Sequence record: PZ452607.1
Origin: a phage
DNA: 48,737 bases
Direction: 5' to 3' (one strand)
Made by a program: the position numbers and the translations under genes. The notes below the pieces were generated by a model. It had not been told where the DNA came from. It searched no databases and was given only the letters and a program-made list of their open reading frames with translations. Shown here piece by piece: positions 39,067 to 46,327 of the stretch (within the stretch, counting starts at the first letter, position 1; every line of letters starts with the position of its first letter).

Positions 39067-39267
39067 TCAGGATAGCTTTCTAGCTTCATCAATGATAACA
39101 GGTTCGAGACGCTCAAGTCGAACGCGGAACGTGTTCATAAATCCCTCGTTATTCTTCAATAACTCGAAGGCGTCCGTAGCTTCAATGGCGCTACTACCCA
39201 TGTAAGCGATTACGCGCTTCTGTGTTTTTCGTGAGATCGCCACTACGCGGTAAATATTATCACTCAT
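39067..39267 (-). CDS. hypothetical protein
   Basis: RBS AAGGAGG before ATG (minus) at 39267. Confidence 0.4.
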   Translation of the reverse strand: MSDNIYRVVAISRKTQKRVIAYMGSSAIEATDAFELLKNNEGFMNTFRVRLERLEPVIIDEARKLS

Positions 39268-39631
39268 ACAATGCCTCCTTAACACGATCCGCTACGAATG
39301 AGTTAACGGTGATTGAATAGTCAGCCACGAAGCAAGGAGCAACACTGCCTGGCTCAGTGCGCATGAATGGTTTATTGAACTGAGTGATTACCTCGCCAGT
39401 ATCGTTATCAATTAAGCGAGACGCGCCTAAGCGGTCCACCACGCGCGTTACGCGGTCCACGCACTCCATTACATCACTTACGTCATAATAGGCGGTTAGA
39501 GCGGCTATCATTGCCTTCTCTTGCTTGTTGTGAATCTTACGCGCAATGTTCTCTATCGCAACGTGCACTTTCTCGTCAGTCTGGATTACCGAGCTGGCTG
39601 AGAAGTCCAGATCTGTGAACTGCTTAAACAT
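39260..39631 (-). CDS. hypothetical early protein (first gene of leftward early block)
   Basis: RBS GAGGAAAG; two tandem box elements upstream. Confidence 0.45.
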   Translation of the reverse strand: MFKQFTDLDFSASSVIQTDEKVHVAIENIARKIHNKQEKAMIAALTAYYDVSDVMECVDRVTRVVDRLGASRLIDNDTGEVITQFNKPFMRTEPGSVAPCFVADYSITVNSFVADRVKEALYE

Positions 39632-39663
39632 AATACTTTCCTCGTTTACTGTTGATGTGATGA

Positions 39664-39709
39664 ATCATACCCAGTAGACATGGATAAGTCGTTAGCAAAA
39701 AATGCTATT
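39664..39709 (-). promoter_or_regulatory. box + -10 element upstream of leftward early block
   Basis: Minus strand AATAGCATTTTTTGCTAACG, 23 nt, TATGAT. Confidence 0.45.
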
Positions 39710-39787
39710 CCAATAATTGCTCATTATTCCATCAATACTGGAATATCTGGAATAATCACTATCATGATTGATCTCTAATGATGAGAT

Positions 39788-39827
39788 GTGATTGTTGCAT
39801 GGTGTGCAACTGTTGATGTGATTGTTT
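39788..39827. repeat. direct repeats GATGTGATTGTT (third related copy near 39652)
   Basis: gatgtgattgttgca...ctgttgatgtgattgtttc; ctgttgatgtgatgaatca at 39650..39668. Confidence 0.5.
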
Positions 39828-39893
39828 CTTAGAATGCAATGATTGTGAGAGGGGGGATCTAGTGTTACCAGGTTCGCCTGGTAGTCATCTCCA

Positions 39894-39915
39894 TTTTTAG
39901 CAAAAAGTGCTATCG
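39894..39915 (-). promoter_or_regulatory. box copy, second (distal) copy upstream of leftward early block
   Basis: Minus strand GATAGCACTTTTTGCTAAAAAT followed by hairpin ACCAGG cgaa CCTGGT. Confidence 0.4.
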
Positions 39916-40190
39916 ATTACGATTACGCTTGATTGCGTGTTAATCATTGTATATGATTTGCCTAAATCGCAATCGTATACAAAATTACGCCAAATTACGC
40001 CTTATAATATACATATAGATATATGTATATATATAATATATAAGTGTTTTTTTTATTTATATATATAGATACTATTATTTGTAATATGGTTGTATAGCGT
40101 GTCTTTTATGTTAATCGTTGGATGCTCTGATTATGATGCTCATGTTTATATATACAGTAGTTTTATCGGCGCATATTTATTTAGGGAAAT

Positions 40191-40217
40191 CGATTAACAC
40201 GATTAACACGATTAACC
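40191..40217. repeat. tandem 9-bp repeat CGATTAACA x3
   Basis: cgattaaca cgattaaca cgattaacc; related copies CGATTACGATTACG at 39914..39927 and AAATTACGCC x2 at 39982..40001. Confidence 0.6.
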
Positions 40218-40260
40218 ACACTTAAAATCGCCCCGCAGACCTTGACACATGCGGGTCGTC

Positions 40261-40293
40261 GTGTAACACTACGATTAGAGACACGGTGTTACA
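40261..40293. repeat. inverted pair GTGTAACAC ... GTGTTACA upstream of first rightward early gene
   Basis: Half-sites about 17 bp apart, just downstream of a TTGACA hexamer at 40242. Confidence 0.5.
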
Positions 40294-40331
40294 TGTTAAT
40301 CATGGTGTATATTGAAACTAAGGAGAAAGCT

Positions 40332-40907
40332 ATGAGTTCTTACCAGTCAGACGCAGTACAGGCAGCAATCAAGGCAGCTTACGAGAAGGCCGGAGTAACG
40401 GTTGAGCAGCGACCGGAGGCAAAAGTGACCGATGTTATCCGGGCCGCCTGCGATCAGCTTTATGGTGATGGCGAGAATACCGAGTTCACATTCGACGCGA
40501 ATAAGATGGCTGAGGCCGCAGCAAGAAAGTCGATGCCAGACGCTGACGAACATGATGTTGCCAAAGGCGCCGAGTCCTGGTTGCTCGGGAAGACGGATGA
40601 GATTAACGAGAAGTTTAAATCCTCATTCATCACCCCGATCGTTTCTCGACACTTCTCCAAGATCGGCAAGTCGGTCAAGGTGAGCGTGACCATGAACGAT
40701 GAGAAGTTGCGAGTCGTTACTATCTCAGTGAGTGACGAAGAAGTTCCGGTGAAGAAGCGCCGCAGCCGGAAAAAAGTCAGCCTGGCTGATTGTCTGGATT
40801 CGTTTGTTCCTGATGTTGATGATCTTGAGAAAGGCGACGTTACTGTAAGCACCGTGCGCGACCTGGTTCGCCAGATGAAAGCGCATATCGAAAAATGTGG
40901 ACTGTAA
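40332..40907 (+). CDS. hypothetical early protein (first gene of rightward early block)
   Basis: RBS AAGGAGAAAG before ATG 40332; preceded by iteron-rich control region; basic C-terminal patch KKRRSRKK. Confidence 0.45.
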   Translation: MSSYQSDAVQAAIKAAYEKAGVTVEQRPEAKVTDVIRAACDQLYGDGENTEFTFDANKMAEAAARKSMPDADEHDVAKGAESWLLGKTDEINEKFKSSFITPIVSRHFSKIGKSVKVSVTMNDEKLRVVTISVSDEEVPVKKRRSRKKVSLADCLDSFVPDVDDLEKGDVTVSTVRDLVRQMKAHIEKCGL

Positions 40908-40919
40908 GGAGAAGTAATT

Positions 40920-41246
40920 ATGTTTAATATCAAACCATTAACAGAAGCAGAGAAACAGGCTCAGGCCAAGCAAACCGAAAACATCCAAGTGATCGCTGAT
41001 GCGCTGATTGGTAAGAGGTCAATCAAAATAAACCTCGACACTGTTGGTCAGTCATTTTTTACTAAAGGTTTGGATAAGTACGTTATAAATGTGAAGGCGA
41101 GAGACCTGGTGGCGAGAATTCAAAAGCTAAACAATCAAAAGCTAAAGCTCATCAAGGTCGAAGGCAACATGTGCGAAATTGAGAACCTCAGCGCACCAGA
41201 CCCGAATAAGTGGGAAATCACCGATGTCGAGTTTATCGTAGAATAG
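40920..41246 (+). CDS. hypothetical protein
   Basis: RBS AAGGAGAAG; stop TAG lies inside a box copy. Confidence 0.45.
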   Translation: MFNIKPLTEAEKQAQAKQTENIQVIADALIGKRSIKINLDTVGQSFFTKGLDKYVINVKARDLVARIQKLNNQKLKLIKVEGNMCEIENLSAPDPNKWEITDVEFIVE

Positions 41247-41286
41247 CACTTTTTGTTAAAACCGGATCGGGGTATCTTGCTATAGT
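41243..41286 (+). promoter_or_regulatory. box + hairpin + extended -10 element
   Basis: AATAGCACTTTTTGTTAAAAC, 22 nt, TGcTATAGT; stem GGGGTA/TACCCC. Confidence 0.55.
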
Positions 41287-41324
41287 TACCCCATCAAAAC
41301 GAGATACCAATCAGAGGAATCACC

Positions 41325-41555
41325 ATGTCAATCGTCAAGAACCAGCAAGCCATCGATTCAACCAATAACAACCGCTTTGCTATTTTCATCACTCGCGACA
41401 ACAAGCGCTTTGCAGTAAAGGCCGTACCAGGTGGATACAAAACCTACATGGAAGATAACGGAAAGTGGGTGCGGTGCGACAACCTCGCAAACTTCTTGGT
41501 CTGGAACGCAGACCTGCAGGGATTCGATGACATCAGCACTTTAATTGAGGAGTAA
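41325..41555 (+). CDS. hypothetical protein
   Basis: RBS AGAGGAA; box/hairpin/-10 element upstream. Confidence 0.45.
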   Translation: MSIVKNQQAIDSTNNNRFAIFITRDNKRFAVKAVPGGYKTYMEDNGKWVRCDNLANFLVWNADLQGFDDISTLIEE

Positions 41556-41560
41556 TAATC

Positions 41561-41788
41561 ATGCCACGTTACAGCAACCTAACTCAACTAACCCGCGTCA
41601 ACGGGCACATGATCCCGGCAAAATCCACTCACTACGCAATGGGAGCAAAGCACGGATTGTATTTCAAATGGCGCGGTCAATGGAACTTCACGGTTATTCG
41701 TAATTTCTACATTAGAGTTACAGGTGATGACCCGCAATCGGTCGTAGAGAACTCAATCGGCGACAACAAGATCGAGGTGCTGAAATGA
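41561..41788 (+). CDS. hypothetical protein
   Basis: RBS GAGGAG shortly after previous stop. Confidence 0.45.
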   Translation: MPRYSNLTQLTRVNGHMIPAKSTHYAMGAKHGLYFKWRGQWNFTVIRNFYIRVTGDDPQSVVENSIGDNKIEVLK

Positions 41789-41895
41789 ACTTCAACATAA
41801 TTGCTTTCTGGTCTGCCGTATGGTTCTTTTGCGTAGGTCATGTTGTGGTTGGAATCGTAATCATGTTGCTACTGTGTGCGGGAGCGTTCGAATGA
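41785..41895 (+). CDS. small hydrophobic membrane peptide (36 aa)
   Basis: ATGA overlap with previous gene; one predicted TMD; not in ORF track. Confidence 0.35.
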   Translation: MNFNIIAFWSAVWFFCVGHVVVGIVIMLLLCAGAFE

Positions 41896-42065
41896 TGCGG
41901 ATTCTGATTTGCATGATGGCGGCGGTCGCCATGGCTATCCTGGTAGTGTCCGGCTGCGGCGAGGCCAGGGATAGCTGTCATGAAACCGGGAGCCAGGTTA
42001 CTACTTTCGTGATGGTTGGCAACGTATTGCTACCAATAACATCAAATGAAATCACTTGCGAATAG
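41892..42065 (+). CDS. small lipoprotein (57 aa)
   Basis: Signal peptide with lipobox VVSGC; start overlaps stop of preceding peptide; stop inside a box copy. Confidence 0.4.
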   Translation: MMRILICMMAAVAMAILVVSGCGEARDSCHETGSQVTTFVMVGNVLLPITSNEITCE

Positions 42066-42105
42066 CACTTTTTGTTAAAACTCAACTCCGGGGTTGCGAT
42101 ATAGT
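42061..42105 (+). promoter_or_regulatory. box + hairpin + -10 element
   Basis: AATAGCACTTTTTGTTAAAAC, 22 nt, TATAGT; stem GGGGTT/AACCCC. Confidence 0.55.
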
Positions 42106-42136
42106 AACCCCATCGACAACGAACGAGGACGCAAAC

Positions 42137-42625
42137 ATGAAAATTAAATTACTTAGCAATGGCGGTTACAAGGGATTCACCCGCGACCTGGAAGCTGACC
42201 CTATCGTGGTTGACGCGGTTAAGTGCGACTCAAGTACTGGAGGCTACCGCGTTAAGGTTGATGACCTTGTAAAAGCTGGCGTGTACGATCTTGATTATGG
42301 CCTGTCGGTTAGCCCGGTATTTGGCCCAGCTGACTTCAACGAGAAAGACGGAACGATGTTCTTTTTTGATTGGGAAGTGAAGGCAAACATCAAGCCGCGC
42401 AAGGTTCGTCTTCTCAGCAATGGCGGCTACCCGATGCGACCAGGTTATGAGAATCGCACGTTCCCGGTTATCGTTGACTTCATTGGGACAACTGACAACT
42501 TGGTATACGTTAGCCATGAGCAACTTAAGGCAGTTGGATTCGTTGGCGGTATGAATAAAGAAGCGCTTTGCTTCTTCCATCGATGTCCAGAGCCGATCGG
42601 TATTGAGTGCGAGTTAGTATACTAA
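42137..42625 (+). CDS. hypothetical protein with internal duplication
   Basis: Two copies of K(I/V)(K/R)LLSNGGY motif about 100 residues apart; box/-10 element upstream. Confidence 0.45.
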   Translation: MKIKLLSNGGYKGFTRDLEADPIVVDAVKCDSSTGGYRVKVDDLVKAGVYDLDYGLSVSPVFGPADFNEKDGTMFFFDWEVKANIKPRKVRLLSNGGYPMRPGYENRTFPVIVDFIGTTDNLVYVSHEQLKAVGFVGGMNKEALCFFHRCPEPIGIECELVY

Positions 42626-42666
42626 GCACGAATTGTTAAAAGGGGATTTGGCCTGACTGGTATAAT
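42621..42666 (+). promoter_or_regulatory. box + hairpin + extended -10 element
   Basis: AAGCACGAATTGTTAAAAG, 22 nt, TGgTATAAT; stem GGGGATT/AATCCCC. Confidence 0.55.
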
Positions 42667-42696
42667 CCCCACATCAACCACTAATAGGAAAGCATC

Positions 42697-42894
42697 ATGT
42701 TAAAATTAAAAGATATTCAGTTCCCTGTAGTATTTAACACTATTAGCTGCGGTAAAATAACCTGCCACAGCAAAGATCGCGCAACAGATTCATCATTCAA
42801 TGAGTGCCACCCGTCTATTGTTGGTAATCTTATTGAGCTTCATAACAATCACAATCCTGATAACATCCCATCTCTTCCATATTATGTTGAGTGA
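42697..42894 (+). CDS. hypothetical protein
   Basis: Cys/His-containing 65-aa ORF downstream of box/-10 element with TATAAT. Confidence 0.4.
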   Translation: MLKLKDIQFPVVFNTISCGKITCHSKDRATDSSFNECHPSIVGNLIELHNNHNPDNIPSLPYYVE

Positions 42895-42984
42895 GTCGGG
42901 CCTGGTTGGAAGGTTGGTCGCTCCATCTTCCATGCAGCAAAGCCAGAAATCAAGCCAGCGCTACAATGCACTCAGATCGAGAAC

Positions 42985-43182
42985 ATGCCATTGAGCGCGA
43001 CACTAAAAGGTGTCCAACTTGATAGCGAATCCTGGATCGAGATTACCGCCACGCCTAAAACTATTGAGGTACATGATGATGTGGTGATTCTCCTGTTGCA
43101 TTACGGCAGCTTTAAGCACAAGACGGTATCAGGTGAAATCAGCATTAAGCGCGGAACTCTTGTCCGCTACGAGGTGAAATAA
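42985..43182 (+). CDS. hypothetical protein
   Basis: ORF with weak RBS. Confidence 0.3.
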   Translation: MPLSATLKGVQLDSESWIEITATPKTIEVHDDVVILLLHYGSFKHKTVSGEISIKRGTLVRYEVK

Positions 43183-43331
43183 TGACTGCATGGGTCTTGA
43201 TTATCTTGATGAGCAAAGGTCCGGATCACGTATACATGGAAAGTCAACAATCATGCAACAAGGCACGGGAAGTTATCGCAGAGAACAAGCCGTTCGGATA
43301 TGAAGTAAAAACTATGTGCGTTAAACGATAG
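43182..43331 (+). CDS. small hypothetical protein (49 aa)
   Basis: ATGA coupling with previous gene; N-terminal hydrophobic stretch; stop TAG inside box. Confidence 0.3.
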   Translation: MTAWVLIILMSKGPDHVYMESQQSCNKAREVIAENKPFGYEVKTMCVKR

Positions 43332-43371
43332 CACGAATTGCTAAACCTTCCGCAAGGCCATTTGATATAGT
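43327..43371 (+). promoter_or_regulatory. box + hairpin + extended -10 element
   Basis: GATAGCACGAATTGCTAAAC, 22 nt, TGaTATAGT; stem GGCCA/TGGCC. Confidence 0.55.
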
Positions 43372-43411
43372 GGCCTTATTGAAGCACGACAACCAACTGG
43401 AGGTAAAATTT

Positions 43412-43786
43412 ATGAAATTCGAATGTATCAGCGATAACACCAAAAAATTTACTGTTGGCAAAATTTACGATGTTCCGACTGAGCACACAGAGCAAACCGT
43501 AGCTCTGACCGACGACACGGGCCGCAACCGAATTGCAACCGTAACTCACAACGGTGAAGGTCTTCGCTGGAATAGCGGCGGCACTAAGTTCGCAACGTTC
43601 GACAAGAAGCGCAAGCGCACCTTCCGCGTCAACGGCAATGTTGCAGCTAACAAGATCCATAACGTCAAGCCGTCGGAAGTTGACCGCAAGCCAGCGCTGA
43701 AGTTTAAAGAGAAGGTGGATTTATTCAATCTTGCCGCCTCGCTTGTTCTCCTGGTCGCTGCTATTTCGCTGCTTTCCATCATGTAA
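43412..43786 (+). CDS. hypothetical C-tail-anchored membrane protein
   Basis: RBS GGAGG; soluble basic domain then one C-terminal TMD; followed by terminator. Confidence 0.45.
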   Translation: MKFECISDNTKKFTVGKIYDVPTEHTEQTVALTDDTGRNRIATVTHNGEGLRWNSGGTKFATFDKKRKRTFRVNGNVAANKIHNVKPSEVDRKPALKFKEKVDLFNLAASLVLLVAAISLLSIM

Positions 43787-43793
43787 TGCTAAT

Positions 43794-43828
43794 GGGGAAT
43801 CGACTCTGAACGGTTCCCCTTTCTTTTG
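43794..43828 (+). terminator. intrinsic terminator
   Basis: GGGGAA..TTCCCC stem then T-rich tract. Confidence 0.5.
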
Positions 43829-43934
43829 GAGAAAACACTATGCCAGACTTTTCTAACTGGAATAACGAGCCGCCATCATTTCAGGAGTTGCTATTCTGCC
43901 TCCTGGTCCTGACATTATCTCTTAAGGGTGTTTT

Positions 43935-44153
43935 ATGGCTACTATCATGACAGTAGAAGATGCAGCACGCGATGCAGTGGAAGGAATGCGCCCAAATACC
44001 TCCAGAATAGCACACTACTACAAATCTGAGGTGTCGGTAGTGCAATTGGTCCACGAAATTTTAAGGCTCCCACAAGTCGATTCAGCGCGCGTTGTGACGT
44101 GCTTAAAAAATTATTTTTGCATCACTATTAAAACGAATAGCACGAATTGCTAA
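43935..44153 (+). CDS. hypothetical protein
   Basis: 72-aa ORF; 3' end reads through box copy; overlaps a possible 36-aa hydrophobic ORF at 43840..43950. Confidence 0.3.
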   Translation: MATIMTVEDAARDAVEGMRPNTSRIAHYYKSEVSVVQLVHEILRLPQVDSARVVTCLKNYFCITIKTNSTNC

Positions 44154-44180
44154 AACCTATCAAGGGGAATACGCTATGAT
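44136..44180 (+). promoter_or_regulatory. box + hairpin + -10 element
   Basis: AATAGCACGAATTGCTAAAAC, 22 nt, TATGAT; stem GGGGAAT/ATTCCCC. Confidence 0.55.
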
Positions 44181-44210
44181 TCCCCTACACCAACAAACGA
44201 GGAAGCGATC

Positions 44211-44657
44211 ATGAAACACTTAATCTGCATTGAAGCGCCTAACGATCAATACACCCTGCATGGACTTGGTGTGTTCAAAGGTCACTACATTACCGCAGGA
44301 ACTTACGATGCTCGTCGCGGCGATGGCGACCTAATGATTACGTCAAAAGAAGTAAATCCGTACATCATGCAGAATCTTGGCAATAACGAATATATGGCCT
44401 ATGGCTGCAACGCGGTGTACAAGCACGTTAAGATCCGCAAGCGTGTTGTGCGTGCATTCAAGAAGATTGCAATTAAATACTGGAAAATGAGCAAGAAAGA
44501 TGCCGGACGTTGGGCGCGCAACGTTGCAGATTCATACTTCTATCGTAACGGCGAATCCTGCTACTTCCTGATCGATGAACTTATGGAAAACTACGGTGGC
44601 GACTTCAGCCAGGGTAGCTTTGATGACTGGGCCAACTATGAGATCAGTTGCTGGTAA
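44211..44657 (+). CDS. hypothetical protein
   Basis: RBS GAGGAAG; box/hairpin/-10 element upstream. Confidence 0.45.
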   Translation: MKHLICIEAPNDQYTLHGLGVFKGHYITAGTYDARRGDGDLMITSKEVNPYIMQNLGNNEYMAYGCNAVYKHVKIRKRVVRAFKKIAIKYWKMSKKDAGRWARNVADSYFYRNGESCYFLIDELMENYGGDFSQGSFDDWANYEISCW

Positions 44658-44700
44658 TAGCACGAATTGCTAAAACTTGCTCAAGGGCATTTGTTAGAAT
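44656..44700 (+). promoter_or_regulatory. box + hairpin + extended -10 element
   Basis: AATAGCACGAATTGCTAAAAC, 22 nt, TGtTAGAAT; stem AAGGGCATT/AATGCCCTT. Confidence 0.55.
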
Positions 44701-44740
44701 GCCCTTCGTTGAGTTAAGCAACCAATCAGAGGAATAAATC

Positions 44741-45271
44741 ATGGATAAAATCACAATTTGGGGCCAGACAATCAACCTGTTTCTCGGCACGCGCCGAGTG
44801 GCAATCTTTGACTTTGACGGGACACTTAGCGATGGATCTGGTCGACTTCACCTGCTGCCAACAAAGGATTTGCACTTGACTGAAAGCTGGTCTGAGTTTA
44901 ACCGAGCGGCAATATTTGATAACCCAATCCAGAGCACGATCGATGTGATGAACTCTATGTTTGCCGCTGGGTATCATGTGATCATTTTAACCGGGCGAAG
45001 TGATGAGGTGCGTTACGCATCTGAGTTATGGCTTAAGCATCACGGCGCTCGATATGATTACTTAGTCATGCGACCGCATACCGACAACCGCAAAGACACG
45101 GTAATGAAAGAAGAGGCAGTGCGCGCTATCGGCATTGATAACATTCTTGCGGCTTGGGATGACTCAGTGAATATAATAAAAAAATTCAGAGATCTAGGGA
45201 TAACCACATATCAGGTTTGTGAATATGCCTGTGATAGTCGAGAGGATTTAAATAGTCATGGTGTCGATTGA
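44741..45271 (+). CDS. HAD-superfamily phosphatase
   Basis: Motif I FDFDGT, motif II ILTGR, motif IV WDDS. Confidence 0.6.
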   Translation: MDKITIWGQTINLFLGTRRVAIFDFDGTLSDGSGRLHLLPTKDLHLTESWSEFNRAAIFDNPIQSTIDVMNSMFAAGYHVIILTGRSDEVRYASELWLKHHGARYDYLVMRPHTDNRKDTVMKEEAVRAIGIDNILAAWDDSVNIIKKFRDLGITTYQVCEYACDSREDLNSHGVD

Positions 45272-45752
45272 TAACAAATCAATGGTAAGAGAGTTATTTA
45301 CTTATTCTGACGGCGTTCTGTATTGGAAGGCCAAATCATCTAAATACAGTAGAACTAAAATAGGAGGCGCGGCAGGAAGCAAGGATAAAGACGGATACAT
45401 AATAATCAGAGTAAGAAACGAAACTAGAGGCGCTCACAGGCTTGTATGGATATACCATAATGGCAAGATACCTGATGGAATGGAGGTAGACCATATGGAT
45501 GGAGACATAACAAACAATAGAATAGAAAACCTAAGATTGGTAACGAGAACCATAAATAACAGGAATCAAAAAAAGAGATCTGATAACACAACCGGAGTAT
45601 CCGGTGTAACTTTCATGAAAGATAGAGGAAAGTATAGGGCGCAAGTTAGAAACAAGAGACTCGGGCAGTTCGACACAATAGAAGAGGCCGCCAAAGCAGT
45701 AAAGGATGAGCGGGATAGATTAGGTTTATTCACAAAAAGACACGGGGTGTAA
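45258..45752 (+). CDS. HNH homing endonuclease
   Basis: HNH core (DHMDGDITNNRIENLRLV) plus AP2-like tail; lies between phosphatase and kinase genes. Confidence 0.75.
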   Translation: MVSIDNKSMVRELFTYSDGVLYWKAKSSKYSRTKIGGAAGSKDKDGYIIIRVRNETRGAHRLVWIYHNGKIPDGMEVDHMDGDITNNRIENLRLVTRTINNRNQKKRSDNTTGVSGVTFMKDRGKYRAQVRNKRLGQFDTIEEAAKAVKDERDRLGLFTKRHGV

Positions 45753-45754
45753 AC

Positions 45755-46327
45755 ATGAAAACAGCTATCATTTTAAACGGCGCACCTGGTGCGGGAAAGG
45801 ACACTATCGGATGCATCCTGGCTGACACTTACGATCATGTAGCGCTACGCAGCTTCAAAGCGCCAATGTTTGAGATTGCCCGAGCAATCCTGGGTGAGAC
45901 TAATTTCGAGTATTTCATGTTCTTGTATGAGGACCGTCGCTATAAAGAAGAGCCAGCGTCAATCCTGAACGGTAAAAGCCCGCGCCAGTTTATGATCTGG
46001 ATTAGCGAGGAGGTCATCAAGCCGCAGTTCGGAAATCGCTTCTTCGGTATGCGAGCGGAAAGTAAGGTGAAAGAGTCGCATTCACTTTCGGTATTTACTG
46101 ACGGTGGATTCAAAGACGAGATCTTGCAGATGATTGAAGGTGACATCCAGGTCAAGCTGTGTCGAATCCATCGCAACGGTTGCAACTTTGACAACGACAG
46201 TCGCGACTATATCTATCTTGACGATATGATCGGGGTCAACGGTTATCAGGAGTGTGACTTCTTTTCTGTCGAAGGCCATCCAGAAATTACCGCTCAGCAC
46301 ATAGCCGCCACGTTCATCAATAAATAG
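45755..46327 (+). CDS. P-loop nucleotide/polynucleotide kinase
   Basis: Walker A GAPGAGKDT at N-terminus; size fits dNMP kinase or Pnk kinase domain. Confidence 0.55.
   Translation: MKTAIILNGAPGAGKDTIGCILADTYDHVALRSFKAPMFEIARAILGETNFEYFMFLYEDRRYKEEPASILNGKSPRQFMIWISEEVIKPQFGNRFFGMRAESKVKESHSLSVFTDGGFKDEILQMIEGDIQVKLCRIHRNGCNFDNDSRDYIYLDDMIGVNGYQECDFFSVEGHPEITAQHIAATFINK

Noticed and set aside
40242-40270. TTGACA at 40242 as -35 of the first rightward early promoter
   Set aside because: No acceptable -10 hexamer lies 16-18 nt downstream (TAACAC/ACACTA); the hexamer overlaps the GTGTAACAC operator-like repeat, so it is left unassigned.
41254-41286. TTGYTA within the box as a conventional sigma70 -35 hexamer
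   Set aside because: Spacing to the -10-like hexamer is a constant 22 nt, outside the 16-18 nt range for -35/-10 recognition; the hexamer is better explained as a half-site of the dyad box.
44741-46327. HAD phosphatase and kinase as halves of one gene split by an intron carrying the HNH gene
   Set aside because: The phosphatase ORF has its own stop, the HNH and kinase ORFs have their own start codons with plausible RBSs, and no group I intron-like structure was recognised; separate genes is the simpler reading, though an intein/intron origin cannot be excluded without alignment.
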